DNA of 64,000 bases, taken from the NCBI GenBank assembly GCA_965248195.1, contig CBDFIQ010000002.1:3298813-3362812 (forward strand). The letters are read 5' to 3'. Numbering within the stretch: the first letter of the stretch is position 1; each line of letters begins with the position of its first letter. The position numbers and the translations under genes are program-made. Shown here piece by piece: positions 42,164 through 51,643 of the stretch. The DNA is from Longimicrobiales bacterium. Its GTDB lineage: Bacteria > Gemmatimonadota > Gemmatimonadetes > Longimicrobiales > Gaopeijiaceae. The notes beneath the pieces were generated by a model, which saw nothing but the letters and a program-made list of their open reading frames with translations, was not told the origin of the DNA and made no database searches.

Positions 42164-42609
42164 TGACCGGCCTGGAAGAATTCGTCCGGCAGTCGAACGC
42201 CATCGAGGGGATATTCCGTACACCTTACTCGGACGAGATCGCCGCCCATGAAGAATTGCTGGCGCTGCCGCGGATCACCGTGCTCGACGTCCAGACGTTC
42301 GTGTGGAAAGTGGCGGCAGCCAAGCCGCGGTTCGAAGAAGGCCTAGACGTTCGCGTCGGAAACCACATCGCTCCTCGTGGTGGGCCAGCAATCAGGGACG
42401 CACTGGAATCCCTGCTCGCCAGAATCAGTGACAGCGAAGTGGATTCTTGGCGAGCTCACCTCGAATACGAAACGCTTCACCCCTTCATGGACGGCAACGG
42501 ACGGAGCGGCCGCACCATCTGGCTATGGATGCGACAAGGCAACCAGCTCCCTCCGCTTTCGTTCCTCCAGGCTTTCTACTATCAGACGCTCGGCGAGTCG
42601 AGGTCATGA
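42160..42609 (+). CDS. Fic-family protein
   Basis: HPFMDGNGRSGR canonical Fic motif; SNAIEG. Confidence 0.9.
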   Translation: MMTGLEEFVRQSNAIEGIFRTPYSDEIAAHEELLALPRITVLDVQTFVWKVAAAKPRFEEGLDVRVGNHIAPRGGPAIRDALESLLARISDSEVDSWRAHLEYETLHPFMDGNGRSGRTIWLWMRQGNQLPPLSFLQAFYYQTLGESRS

Positions 42610-42956
42610 GTCGCCGCGCATACCTACCGATCGCTGTCGAGCTCCCCTCCCGGAAGGGCGTGATCTTCGAGGTCCTCCCCGCCGGGACGTTCAACCGGGT
42701 CACCGTCTACCAGCGCACGCGAGCCGGGCTCCAGAGGGTCAAGAACCCGGAGATCGTGCAGCGCGTGGTGAAGGAGATCGAGAGGCAAAACAAGGCGAAG
42801 GACGTGCTCTCCCAGGCCTATCGAGCGGAGCAGGCCGCTGCACCGAAACGGAAGGCCCCGACCCCTTCCCCACCCCGCCTGAAGCGAGCGGCCCTCCTCG
42901 GGCTCTTAATGTTCGCCGTGTTGTGGACGCTCGCGATCCGGGGGTGCATGCCGTGA
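42606..42956 (+). CDS. Hypothetical phage protein with C-terminal TM
   Basis: ATGA/GTGA overlaps with neighbours. Confidence 0.6.
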   Translation: MSRRAYLPIAVELPSRKGVIFEVLPAGTFNRVTVYQRTRAGLQRVKNPEIVQRVVKEIERQNKAKDVLSQAYRAEQAAAPKRKAPTPSPPRLKRAALLGLLMFAVLWTLAIRGCMP

Positions 42957-43180
42957 AGGTCGCGAACGCGCTACTCACGCCCAATGGTGGTAGGGCTGGC
43001 ATAGGTGCTGGTGCCGTCCTGGCTGCCGTACCCCGCCGGCTGACCCCAACCGAATGCGAACGACTACAAGGCTTCCCTGACGGTTGGACGGAAGGACTCG
43101 CGGACGGCCCACGCTACAGGATGATGGGCAATGCGGTGACGGTGCCCGTGATTGAGTGGATCGGGAGGCGCTTTCCATGA
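42953..43180 (+). pseudogene. C5 cytosine methyltransferase C-terminal fragment (motifs IX-X)
   Basis: RRLTPTECERLQGFPDGWT...RYRMMGNAVTVPVIEWIG. Confidence 0.82.
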
Positions 43181-43289
43181 GTCGGCCAGTTGAGAGAGAG
43201 AAGGTGGCTCGAGACGAGAAGCGACGGCACCCGGTCGGATGGGGGAGCGCCGCGGGAAGCGTCGACCCAACTAAACAAAAGGGAGTCTA

Positions 43290-43553
43290 ATGGACTGGAA
43301 AGTTGTACCGATCGAGCGGTAGCCGGGCCCGATGACGGGGGAGCGCCGGAAGCATCCGTTTCGGAAGCAGAGCGACCGATGGAGGGGCAGCACCGTCCAG
43401 GGCGTAGACTGGGACGCCACAATGTCTCTGCTGGATCACGAGCTCTGGCAACTCGACGCCGAGAGCGTCGTGCTGCAGATGGCCGTCGAGCGTCTGACGC
43501 TGCAAGGCTCCTGGGGGCGCTGTGATATGAACCGAAGGGGAGCGAGTGAATGA
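43290..43553 (+). pseudogene. Phage gene remnant with internal TAG at 43320
   Basis: GGGAG RBS, MDWKVVPIER*PGPMTGERRKHPF... Confidence 0.5.
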
Positions 43554-43777
43554 GGCAACCGGCCTTGGTGCCACGCGAGCTAGAGCGCATCGCGCGCCGG
43601 CTGCTGACGGGCTGTCCGCACGGGACGTATGGCGAACTGATGGAGCGGCTAGAAGCGATGCGGGATCTCGGGCACCGTACCAGGCATTTCGAGGCGATCG
43701 CCAGGCGGGCGCTGGATCTGCTGGAGAGTGGCGAGTGGCAGGAGCCGGAGGGGCCCGGAACGAGGCTGCGGAAGTGA
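43550..43777 (+). CDS. Hypothetical phage protein
   Basis: ATGA overlap, helical. Confidence 0.55.
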   Translation: MRQPALVPRELERIARRLLTGCPHGTYGELMERLEAMRDLGHRTRHFEAIARRALDLLESGEWQEPEGPGTRLRK

Positions 43778-43822
43778 TGTTCCCAAGTAGAGACGAATTC
43801 AAGGTGGAGGGAGAGCGAAGGA

Positions 43823-44881
43823 ATGGCTGATCGGGGGACGTATAGGGCGATCAAGGTCGTGTTGCTGGACGGGCCGGATTTTCAACAGCTGCCGGAGAGG
43901 GCCAGGCACCTGTTTCAAACCCTCAAGCTGACGTTCGGGCCAACGGGAATCGAGGTGAGATACCCAGGCGCGTTAGAGGTCGAGCTGTCTGCCAAGACCG
44001 GTATCCCCCTGGAAGCGGTGCCCGGGCCGTTGGATACGCTCAAAGAGCGTGGGTGGATCGACAGGGAAGGAAATGTCATTTGGATTGTCGGACAGCTCGA
44101 ACACGATCCCCACATGTCCTGGGACGATGAAAAGCACCGCAAATCGATCTGGCGACACCTCCAGGGACTTCCACGGCTCGAAATTGTCGGCGAGTTCGTC
44201 CGGCACTACCGGCAGTGGTTCGAGGCTGGGGAATCCGTCACCGCCAAGAACAGCCCAAAACCCCTGGACCCAGCTCCGGTCGACCTGTTGCACTGGTTGG
44301 ACGCACCCCCTTCGAAGGCCCATGGAAGGCCCACCGAAGGCACTAGCAAGGCCCTACGAAGGCCCACCGAAGGGGTAGATCAAGCTCCGGGTACCCCCTT
44401 CGAAGTACCGAGTACTGAAGACCGAGTACTGAATACCGAAGAGCGAGAACCGAAACGCGCGCCCGCGCGCGAGGATTTCCCTGGCGGGGGTGGTCTGCCC
44501 AGCGGGAGCGATCCGCCCGGCAGCGTTGGCGGCCTCGATCCACCGCACCCGGGCCAGCGGATGAGTGCCAGCCAGGTGCTCGAAGCCTGGGCCTCGGCGC
44601 AGCCGATCGAGGTCCCGGCGGCGGATCGGAGGAAGCAGAAGCCGTTTGCCCGCCGGATTGCCGACGGCCACACCCGGGAGCAGGTCATGGTTGCGTTTGT
44701 CGGCATCGGGCAGCTCTTCCCGCACTGCCCTCCGAAGAACCAGCCGTGGGACCTGTCCGACCTGGACCGGAAGTTCTCGAAGGCGGTGGCTGCCGCCAGG
44801 GACCACCCGGAGCTGAAGGCCCGGCGCTTCGAGGAGGAGTTCATGGCTCTGACAGGGCCGAAAAGGGAGGGTACGGCATGA
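43823..44881 (+). CDS. Phage replication initiator-like protein
   Basis: N-terminal wHTH-like region, low-complexity middle encoded by iteron-like repeats, followed by a loader-like gene. Confidence 0.65.
   Translation: MADRGTYRAIKVVLLDGPDFQQLPERARHLFQTLKLTFGPTGIEVRYPGALEVELSAKTGIPLEAVPGPLDTLKERGWIDREGNVIWIVGQLEHDPHMSWDDEKHRKSIWRHLQGLPRLEIVGEFVRHYRQWFEAGESVTAKNSPKPLDPAPVDLLHWLDAPPSKAHGRPTEGTSKALRRPTEGVDQAPGTPFEVPSTEDRVLNTEEREPKRAPAREDFPGGGGLPSGSDPPGSVGGLDPPHPGQRMSASQVLEAWASAQPIEVPAADRRKQKPFARRIADGHTREQVMVAFVGIGQLFPHCPPKNQPWDLSDLDRKFSKAVAAARDHPELKARRFEEEFMALTGPKREGTA
44305..44441 (+). repeat. Putative phage origin iterons
   Basis: Six 11-bp units (CGAAGGCCCAC-like, 44313-44378) and 14-bp ACCGAGTACTGAA repeats. 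Confidence 0.65.
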
Positions 44882-45417
44882 TCGACCGGGAGCAATTCAA
44901 CCGGGCCTGGCGCATGCTCTGCAAACGGCTCCGGCGCGACCTCGATGCCGAGGAGGCGGCCGACTACCGCGCTTGGCTATCGGAGCGGATGGACACCGAT
45001 CAGTTCCTCGAAGCCGCCCGCCATCTGTGGGCGACCTGCAAGTTCTTCCCCGAGCCGACGGCCTTCATCGAGGCGATCCGCCCAAGCGTGGAAGCGGAGG
45101 CACTGGAGCAGTGGGAATTGTGCGAAAGGGTGATGGATGGCTCGAAAGAGGCGTTTATACACATGAGCCCCACCGGAAAGCGCACGGTGCAGTTGCTCGG
45201 CGGGCCGGACAGGCTGCGCAACACGAAGCTCGACCAGGTTCCGTTCGTGCGCCGCGACTTCCTGAAGCTGTTCGGCGTTGCGGAGGAGATCTACCGGCGA
45301 GAGAAGCAGCGCACAGCGCTTCCACTCAGCGACGAGGCGAAGGAGCTCCTGGCGAGCGCGGTGCCGCTCTTGAGCGGTGGGCGACTGATGCAAGAGGCGA
45401 GCGGTGAGGGCACGTGA
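44878..45417 (+). CDS. Putative helicase loader/inhibitor-like protein
   Basis: Position after initiator; KFFPEP..FIE, VQLLGG..L...FVRRDFLK. Confidence 0.55.
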   Translation: MIDREQFNRAWRMLCKRLRRDLDAEEAADYRAWLSERMDTDQFLEAARHLWATCKFFPEPTAFIEAIRPSVEAEALEQWELCERVMDGSKEAFIHMSPTGKRTVQLLGGPDRLRNTKLDQVPFVRRDFLKLFGVAEEIYRREKQRTALPLSDEAKELLASAVPLLSGGRLMQEASGEGT

Positions 45418-46588
45418 CGGCCTACTACAACGAGTTCGAGCCGTATGCCGCCGAGTGGCTGCGCAACCTGATCGCGGAGGGGCTGATCGCGCCCGGCGAC
45501 GTGGACGAGCGGAGCATCGAGGAGGTGACGCCGGATGAGCTCGAAGGCTACGGCAGTGTCATTTCTTCGCCGGGATCGGCGGCTGGGGCCACGCCCTCCG
45601 GCTCGCCGGATGGCCCGACGAGCTGCCCGTCTGGACGGGCTCCGTTCCCTGTCAGCCGCTTTCGAGCGCTGGACAGCGACGTGGCCATGCCGATCGAAGA
45701 CACCTGTGGCCCGCTTTTTTCCGGCTCATCGCCGAGCGCCAGCCTGCAACGGTCTTTGGAGAGCAGGTTGCGAGCAACCTTGGACGTGAATGGCTCGCCG
45801 GAGTACGCGCTGATCTGGAGCACGTGGGATATGCCTGCGGGGCCGCCGATCTGCCGGCTGCGTGCGTCGGCGCACCGCACATCCGGCAACGGCTCTGGTG
45901 GGTGGCCCACGCCCAATGCGGGTCCGCAAAACGACACCGACACGAAATGGCAAGAGCGCCGTGCGAAGGCGAAAGAGAAACACGGCAACAACGGATTCGG
46001 GTTGACGCTGGGGATGGCGGCTCAAACGGCGGGCTGGCCGACAACCTCGGCGAACGATATGCGCCAATACAGCAACGAGGCACTGGAGACGTTCGTCAAA
46101 ATCGGGAGCGTGAGCGGTCACAACCTGGATCTAAATGCAGCAGCCCAGATGGCGGGCTCGCCGACGCCGATGGCCGGGACGCCAGCGCAGAAGGGATACA
46201 ACGCAGCGGGCAACACGGATTCCAGCCGGAAGACGACGGCGCTGGTGGCGGGCGGGCCGAGCCCGACGGGAAGCACGGGCGGCCCGGAGCCGGACGGGCA
46301 GACGGGCCGCAAGCTGGCAACGGTCGCGGGCTGGCAGACCCCGGTGGCATCAGATCACAATGGCGCGGCGGAGAACAGGAAGGATCCATGTGCCACTTTT
46401 CGGTTGAGGGATCAAGTTTTTTGGACTGTGCGGACGGGAAAGCGCGGCGCGTTGAATCCGGCACATTCCCGCTGGCTCATGGGGTACCCAACCGCGTGGG
46501 ACGCCTGCGCGCCTACGGCAACGCGATCATCCCGCAAGTCGCGGCGGCGTTCATCCGGGCCTACCGGGACGTGAAGGAAGTGGAGTGA
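45414..46588 (+). pseudogene. Phage C5 DNA methyltransferase (alpha frame), 1-bp deletion at ~45552
   Basis: Repaired: [10 protein letters not shown]...[14 protein letters not shown]...TGSVPCQP...GEQV...HIRQR...[13 protein letters not shown]. Confidence 0.85.
45687..46574 (+). CDS. Overlapping alternate-frame MTase beta-subunit-like ORF
   Basis: Open frame with GWPTP repeats and [13 protein letters not shown] (motif IX-like); start uncertain. Confidence 0.6.
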   Translation: MPIEDTCGPLFSGSSPSASLQRSLESRLRATLDVNGSPEYALIWSTWDMPAGPPICRLRASAHRTSGNGSGGWPTPNAGPQNDTDTKWQERRAKAKEKHGNNGFGLTLGMAAQTAGWPTTSANDMRQYSNEALETFVKIGSVSGHNLDLNAAAQMAGSPTPMAGTPAQKGYNAAGNTDSSRKTTALVAGGPSPTGSTGGPEPDGQTGRKLATVAGWQTPVASDHNGAAENRKDPCATFRLRDQVFWTVRTGKRGALNPAHSRWLMGYPTAWDACAPTATRSSRKSRRRSSGPTGT

Positions 46589-46767
46589 GGAGCAACGGCA
46601 AGACCACGATGAAGCCAGAGCTTCCCCCGGGCACCCGCATCCGCAAGACGTTCTGCAGCGTCATGACGATGCTCATCCTGGTCGGCCTTCTGAGCGGGCT
46701 GCTGCTATCGGTGATCGCGCTGAACGTCTGGGCCTGGCGCTGGATCTTAAGAGGCCTGGGGTGGTGA
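46585..46767 (+). CDS. Small membrane protein
   Basis: One long hydrophobic helix; overlaps neighbours. Confidence 0.55.
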   Translation: MRSNGKTTMKPELPPGTRIRKTFCSVMTMLILVGLLSGLLLSVIALNVWAWRWILRGLGW

Positions 46768-46955
46768 GCAGCGACACCGAGGTCCGCAGGGTGCTCCAGG
46801 AGATCGTGTCGGAACGGCTCAGCGCGCTACCCAACAGCGAACAGAATGGGAGCCTCACCGTGCGGTTCCAGGAAGGCCGCATCCGGAAGATCGAGTGGCA
46901 TACGTTCGACACCGTTGACGGTTGTGTGGAATCTTCGGTTCAAGATCGAAGTTGA
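46761..46955 (+). CDS. Small hypothetical protein (GSLTVRFQEGRI)
   Basis: DUF2292-like pattern G.l.i.fqdG.i. Confidence 0.5.
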   Translation: MVSSDTEVRRVLQEIVSERLSALPNSEQNGSLTVRFQEGRIRKIEWHTFDTVDGCVESSVQDRS

Positions 46956-47107
46956 GGCCGCTTCTGCGCTAGCCTTCAGCTCGTCGATCTGTGACTGGCG
47001 CTTCTCGTCGATCACCCCCTTGGGGGCCTCGGTGATCAGCGTTCGGATCTCGGTGCCGAGCTGCTCGTAGCACCTTAGCAATTGTTCCCGCCCAGGCCGG
47101 CTGGCCG

Positions 47108-48482
47108 GGTAGTGTCCCTAGATTTGTGTAAAAGCGGATAAGCTGGACAGGAGGGAAAGAAAAACGGAAGCTCCTCTGTTGTTGTTCACTGTCACATGAA
47201 CCCGGGAGTCCGGGTCTGCAGAGCAGGCTCGGAACCGGAGAGGAGCTTCCGATGCAAGAGATTGTGGAGATCGGTCGGGCCACGCAAGACGAGCTACGCG
47301 ATGATTTGCGCGAGCTGTTTCAAGGCGCGATCCGGCTGACGCTCGAGATGGTGCTGGAAGAGGAGCTGAAGGCCATGGTAGGTGCACGCCGCTTCGAGCG
47401 GGTGGGAAGCCGGAAGGACCATAGGAACGGCACATACCTGAGGCGGCTGCTGACGAGCCTGGGGCAGATCGAGGTCGCCATGCCCCGGAGCCGGGACAAC
47501 GGTTCGCCGGCCGACGTGATCGGCCGCTACCAGCGCAGGAGCCCCGAGCTCGACGAGATGATGGTCGAGGCGTATGTGAGCGGCGTGTCACAGCGCAAGA
47601 TGGGCGACGTCACCGAGGCGCTGATGGGCGAGCGTGTTGGGCGCTCGACGGTGAGTCGTGTGGCAAAACGGCTCGACGAGGCCGTGGAAGGCTGCGCCGT
47701 GCGCCGATCGAGGGGCCTCACCCCTATCTGTACCTGGACGCCACGTTCTTGGACGCCCGCTGGGCCCGCAAAGTCGAGAACGTGAGTGCGCTCGTGGCGT
47801 ATGCAGTGGGCCCTGAGGGTCACCGACGGCTCCTGGCCGTCACGCTGGGCGCTGAGGAGTCGCAGCAGAGCTGGTCGGAGCTCCTCGAGCAACTCCAGGA
47901 CCGCGGCCTCGGCGGTGTCGAGCTCGTGATCGCCGATGAGCACGCAGGCCTGGCAGCTGCGGTCCGCCGCTTCCTGCCCGAGGCACGCCGTCAGAGGTGT
48001 ACGGTCCATCTGCAGCGTAATGTGGGGGCGAGGGTCCCCCACCGCCTACGCAAGCGCGTGGCGCGTGAGGTCTCGGTGATCTTCCAGACATCCGGACTCG
48101 CCGAGGCGAAGAAGCTCCTGGGCGAGTTCGGCGCACGCTGGAAGAAGGAGCTGCCCGAGGCCGTGGAGGTCCTGGAGCGGGGCTTCGGGGCAGCGACGCA
48201 GTTCTACGCGTTCCCCGAGGCGCACTGGCCCCGGCTGCGTACCACCAACAGCCTCGAGCGGCTGCACGGCGAGATCAAACGCAGGATCAAGGCCGCCGGC
48301 GCCTTCCCGGACCGGGCCAGCGCCCTCAGGCTCATCACGGCCGTCGCACTCAGGACCACACACGTCTGGGGCGACCGGCGTTACCTCGACCTCTCACTCC
48401 TCCAGAAACAGGAGGTCGCCCAAGCAGCCTAGCCGAAGGCGAGGAGCTTCCTCCGCTTTTACACACAAATCGGGACTTGACC
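47108..48482 (+). mobile_element. IS256-family element, copy 4 (1375 bp); 9-bp TSD GGCTGGCCG
   Basis: Same ends; TSD on both sides. Confidence 0.96.
47252..48432 (+). pseudogene. IS256 transposase, frameshifted (GGG to GG near 47690)
   Basis: GTGGAAGGCTGCG versus GTGGAAGGGCTGCG in the other copies. Confidence 0.9.
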
Positions 48483-48618
48483 GGCTGGCCGCCGGGAGGG
48501 GCGCCAATCTGCCGCGCTTAAGCGGTAACGTCGCCGGCTATACGTTGAAGATTTGTCGGCCAGAGCCCGAGCAGGGCCGACTGCCCGGCATATAGGGACC
48601 TCAAGCCAAGGAGGCTCT

Positions 48619-48807
48619 ATGAGAAATCCGGTCGCCGTCGTCCAAAAAGAAATCGGAACTTTCGTGGTGTTTTGCGACGATGGTTCGGTCTGGTCGCTGT
48701 ATCACGCCACCGCGGAGCAATACGAATGGGCGGAGTTTGTAAAGCCCCTACCTGGGTCAGTCTGCTGCCGAGGAAGGGCCCTTCCGCCGCCGTTCCCGGA
48801 GGGTTAG
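48619..48807 (+). CDS. Small hypothetical protein
   Basis: AAGGAGG RBS; VVFCDDGSVW. Confidence 0.55.
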   Translation: MRNPVAVVQKEIGTFVVFCDDGSVWSLYHATAEQYEWAEFVKPLPGSVCCRGRALPPPFPEG

Positions 48808-49416
48808 TCAAGTATATTATTGCCCTAATAAGAGGGGGCGGGGCCAGACGAGGTCGGAGGGGTGGCTGAATGAGCAAAAGATGCGCGTATTGTGATCAGC
48901 CGGGCAAGCTGACACGAGAGCACGTTTGGCCAAAATGCTTTATGGAGCGCGAAGGGCACGAGGCAGCGCACTTTTCGGTGGTCACACAGAGCGTGCACAA
49001 AGCCGACTATGTGGTCAAGGATGTGTGCCAGCAGTGCAACTCGAAGTTGCTTGCGCCGCTCGATGCGTACTTCTGCGAACTCTACGACCGATATTTCGTG
49101 GAGCCCAGGGACTTCGATTCAACGGTCGTCTTCCGATTCGATAGCGATCGTCTCACGCGAGCGCTACTGAAGATTGCGTACAACACCGCCCGCGGCGGTT
49201 ACAAGGACGTCGGGCCTTTCTTGCCCATGCGGAAGTACCTGCTCGGCCTAGAACCGAGACCGACCCAACTGGCGGTGTTCCTTGTGCTACTATCGCCGAG
49301 TCTCGCGCCAAGTAAGACCGATCCAGGGGTTCAAATTAAGGTGATGCCTCAATCGTATTGGTCGTGGATTACTGAACTGCCAACTTCAAACGGTTCACGG
49401 GTATTAACGAGACTAG

Positions 49417-50227
49417 GGTCTGTTAACACTAAGGGCAATTTGTAGTATATTGGGGCTATGAAAATCACAGAGTCCCAATATCGTCGGATAGAGGCTTGCT
49501 TTCCGCATCAGCGCGGCAATGTGAGCATCTCCAATCTCGAAGTGCTTAACGCGATCCTGTATGTGGCCGAACACGGCTGCAAATGGCGGGGGTTGCCTCC
49601 GCGTTTCGGTAACTGGCATACGATCTACACCCGAATGAATCGCTGGGCCAGGGCAGGTGTGCTGGATCGTGTCTTTGCGGCCCTGCAAGACGAGCAAATT
49701 ATCCGGATCAAGATCCAAGCTCTGTCGATCGACAGTACCATCGTCAAGGTGCACCCTGATGGCACCGGCGCTCTAAAAAAAACGGCCCGCAGGCCATCGG
49801 CAAATCGCGTGGAGGCTGGACCACCAAGATTCATATGGTTGCCGCAGATGCTCGAACCGCGATAACCTTCTCGCTATCGCCAGGCCACAAGCACGACGCG
49901 CCGGAAGGACGGGAACTGCTACGCACGTTGAAGCCGGTACATTCCACAGTGTCCATGATCATGGACCGGGCGTACGAGGGGGGCGAAACACGGCAATTGG
50001 TGTTGGAGCTGGGGTTTACGCCGGTCGTGCCACCCAAGCAGGGCCGTGTTAACCCGTGGCAGTATGACCGAGTCATGTATCGCCGTCGTAACGAAATAGA
50101 GCGGTTATTTCGGCGACTCAAAGGCTTCAGAAGAATCTTCTCCCGCTTTGACAAGCTCGACGTGATGTTTACCGCCTTCATCCACTTCGCGCTCATCGTC
50201 GAAGCCCTCAGATAGTGTTAACAGGCC
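49417..50227 (+). mobile_element. IS5-family (IS427-like) element in a CTAG target
   Basis: IRs GGTCTGTTAACACTA / TAGTGTTAACAGGCC, CTAG on both flanks. Confidence 0.92.
49458..50215 (+). CDS. IS5-family transposase, -1 frameshift at A8 (49775-49782)
   Basis: orfA GCKWR.LP..FGNW.TIY; orfB SRGG.TTKIH...DRAY...YRRRNEIERLF. Confidence 0.88.
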
Positions 50228-50880
50228 CTAGTAGCTGTGAGGTCCTTTTGCTTCCATATCGTGCTTCCACTCCCCTCATCCTCGGAGATCGAATTTGTAG
50301 ACGCTGTCGAGGATTTGGAAACTTGCGTCAACCGCGTTGTGCCGTTGGGTGCGTCGGTGGATGAAGTCGTAGTGCGCTCGTCGACTTGGGACTGGCTGCG
50401 TACCTGGTGGCCTCACTTGAAAGCTAACGAGGAGCAGTACAACAACTTCTTCTCACGTAAAAAACCCTAGAGAGGCAATCCTTGCCTTTTCAGCACCCGT
50501 AGATTGACCTGCCTCCGAAACGAACAGACGTGGCCGTCCAAGCAGCCCTCAGCCTGTCTAGAATAAAGATCCTGTTACCGACTAGCGATCACATACCCAG
50601 CCGCGAACACCGCAGCGTACTTGAGGACACCGACCATCGGGTCGGTCCAGCTTCCCTGGTTCTGAGCGCACTGGACCGCTCGGCTCGAAGCGGGGCCCAC
50701 GGCCGGTGTTAGCCTTCGCGTCCGAGGGCAAGGTTCATACGGTCGTCGTGGCTGCCGTTTCGCATCACGCGAGGCGGTTAGGTGGTGGCCGGTGCTTCTT
50801 TGCTTCTCAACGGTTGCGGCCACGTTTCTACTCACCTCGCCAGGCAGGGTGGCTGGACATCGAGTCTTTGCTTCTGGCCT

Positions 50881-50899
50881 TGGTGGGCGCACACGGATT
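50881..50899 (-). repeat. tRNA 3'-end fragment (att-like), copy 1
   Basis: Minus strand AATCCGTGTGCGCCCACCA; exact copy at 51625. Confidence 0.75.
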
Positions 50900-50918
50900 A
50901 GGGGCGAGGGGCGATCGT

Positions 50919-50961
50919 ATGGTACTTGACACGGTACCATATCGGTACTATAATAAGTACC
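50919..50961 (+). promoter_or_regulatory. hicAB promoter with palindromic operators
   Basis: TTGACA(50926)-17-TATAAT(50949); ATGGTAC-N8-GTACCAT and GGTACT-N6-AGTACC. Confidence 0.85.
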
Positions 50962-51216
50962 ATGAGAACCAAGCACCGGAAGACGCTGAATCGGGTTTTC
51001 TCGAATCCGACACCGGCAGACATACGCTGGAGCGCCATCGTCTCGATGCTTGAAGCGAGCGGCGTGGAGGTTTCGGAGCGTGCAGGGTCACGGGTACTAC
51101 TGAAAGCTGGCGAGGAGCGCATCGTAGTTCACCGTCCTCACCCGGAGCCTCACACGGGGCGAGCAACCGTCCGAGACATTGCAGCGTTCCTCAGGGCTAT
51201 AGGAGTGACACCATGA
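50962..51216 (+). CDS. hicA: HicA-family toxin
   Basis: IRW..I.S.L...G......GSRV......HRPHP. Confidence 0.9.
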   Translation: MRTKHRKTLNRVFSNPTPADIRWSAIVSMLEASGVEVSERAGSRVLLKAGEERIVVHRPHPEPHTGRATVRDIAAFLRAIGVTP

Positions 51217-51551
51217 TTGAGTACAAGGGGTATCTAGCCACAGTGGAGTACGATGACTCGGTGGGTCGGCTGCACGGCCGGGTCGCCAACAGCGGGTCCT
51301 ATCCTATCGCTACATTTGAAGCGACGGACGTAGAGGGCATCCGGCGCGAATTCGAGCGGTCCATCGATTTGTATCTCGAGTCCTGCACCGAGGACAACGT
51401 CGAGCCGCGCAAGCCGTTCTCGGGCAAACTGAATGTCCGGCTGGGGCCCGATCTGCACCAGCGTATCGCGATGTCGTCTGCAGAAGAGGGCGTGAGCCTG
51501 AATTCCTGGATCGTCCGGACTCTGGACGCCAAGCTCGCCCCCCCGTCCTGA
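51213..51551 (+). CDS. hicB: HicB-family antitoxin
   Basis: YKGY...EYD...F..SID.YL...P.KPFSGKLNVR..P.LH...SLNSW. Confidence 0.92.
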   Translation: MIEYKGYLATVEYDDSVGRLHGRVANSGSYPIATFEATDVEGIRREFERSIDLYLESCTEDNVEPRKPFSGKLNVRLGPDLHQRIAMSSAEEGVSLNSWIVRTLDAKLAPPS

Positions 51552-51624
51552 TGCGTCACTTTGCCCGCTTGCTGGCGCGGTTCGCCGCCGCCGTGCTGCT
51601 TCGGCCATCCTAGGCCGCGTCGTC

Positions 51625-51643
51625 TGGTGGGCGCACACGGATT
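51625..51643 (-). repeat. tRNA 3'-end fragment (att-like), copy 2
   Basis: TGGTGGGCGCACACGGATT. Confidence 0.75.

Larger units (their letters stand above)
48870..50470 (+). pseudogene. HNH-type zinc-finger nuclease split by IS5
   Basis: CAYC...TREHVWP...VCQQCN; removing the IS restores ...RVLTRL|VAVRSFCFHIVLP in frame. Confidence 0.75.

Noticed and set aside
43320..43322. Amber recoding (pyrrolysine or alternative code) in the prophage
   Set aside because: A single TAG in a gene that also looks truncated; other phage genes (capsid, gpC) use TAG as stop.
46827..47107. Gene interrupted by IS256 copy 4
   Set aside because: Rejoining the flanks gave no convincing long minus-strand ORF.
50881..51643. 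Complete tRNA gene
   Set aside because: Only the last 19 nt are present; no D or anticodon arm.
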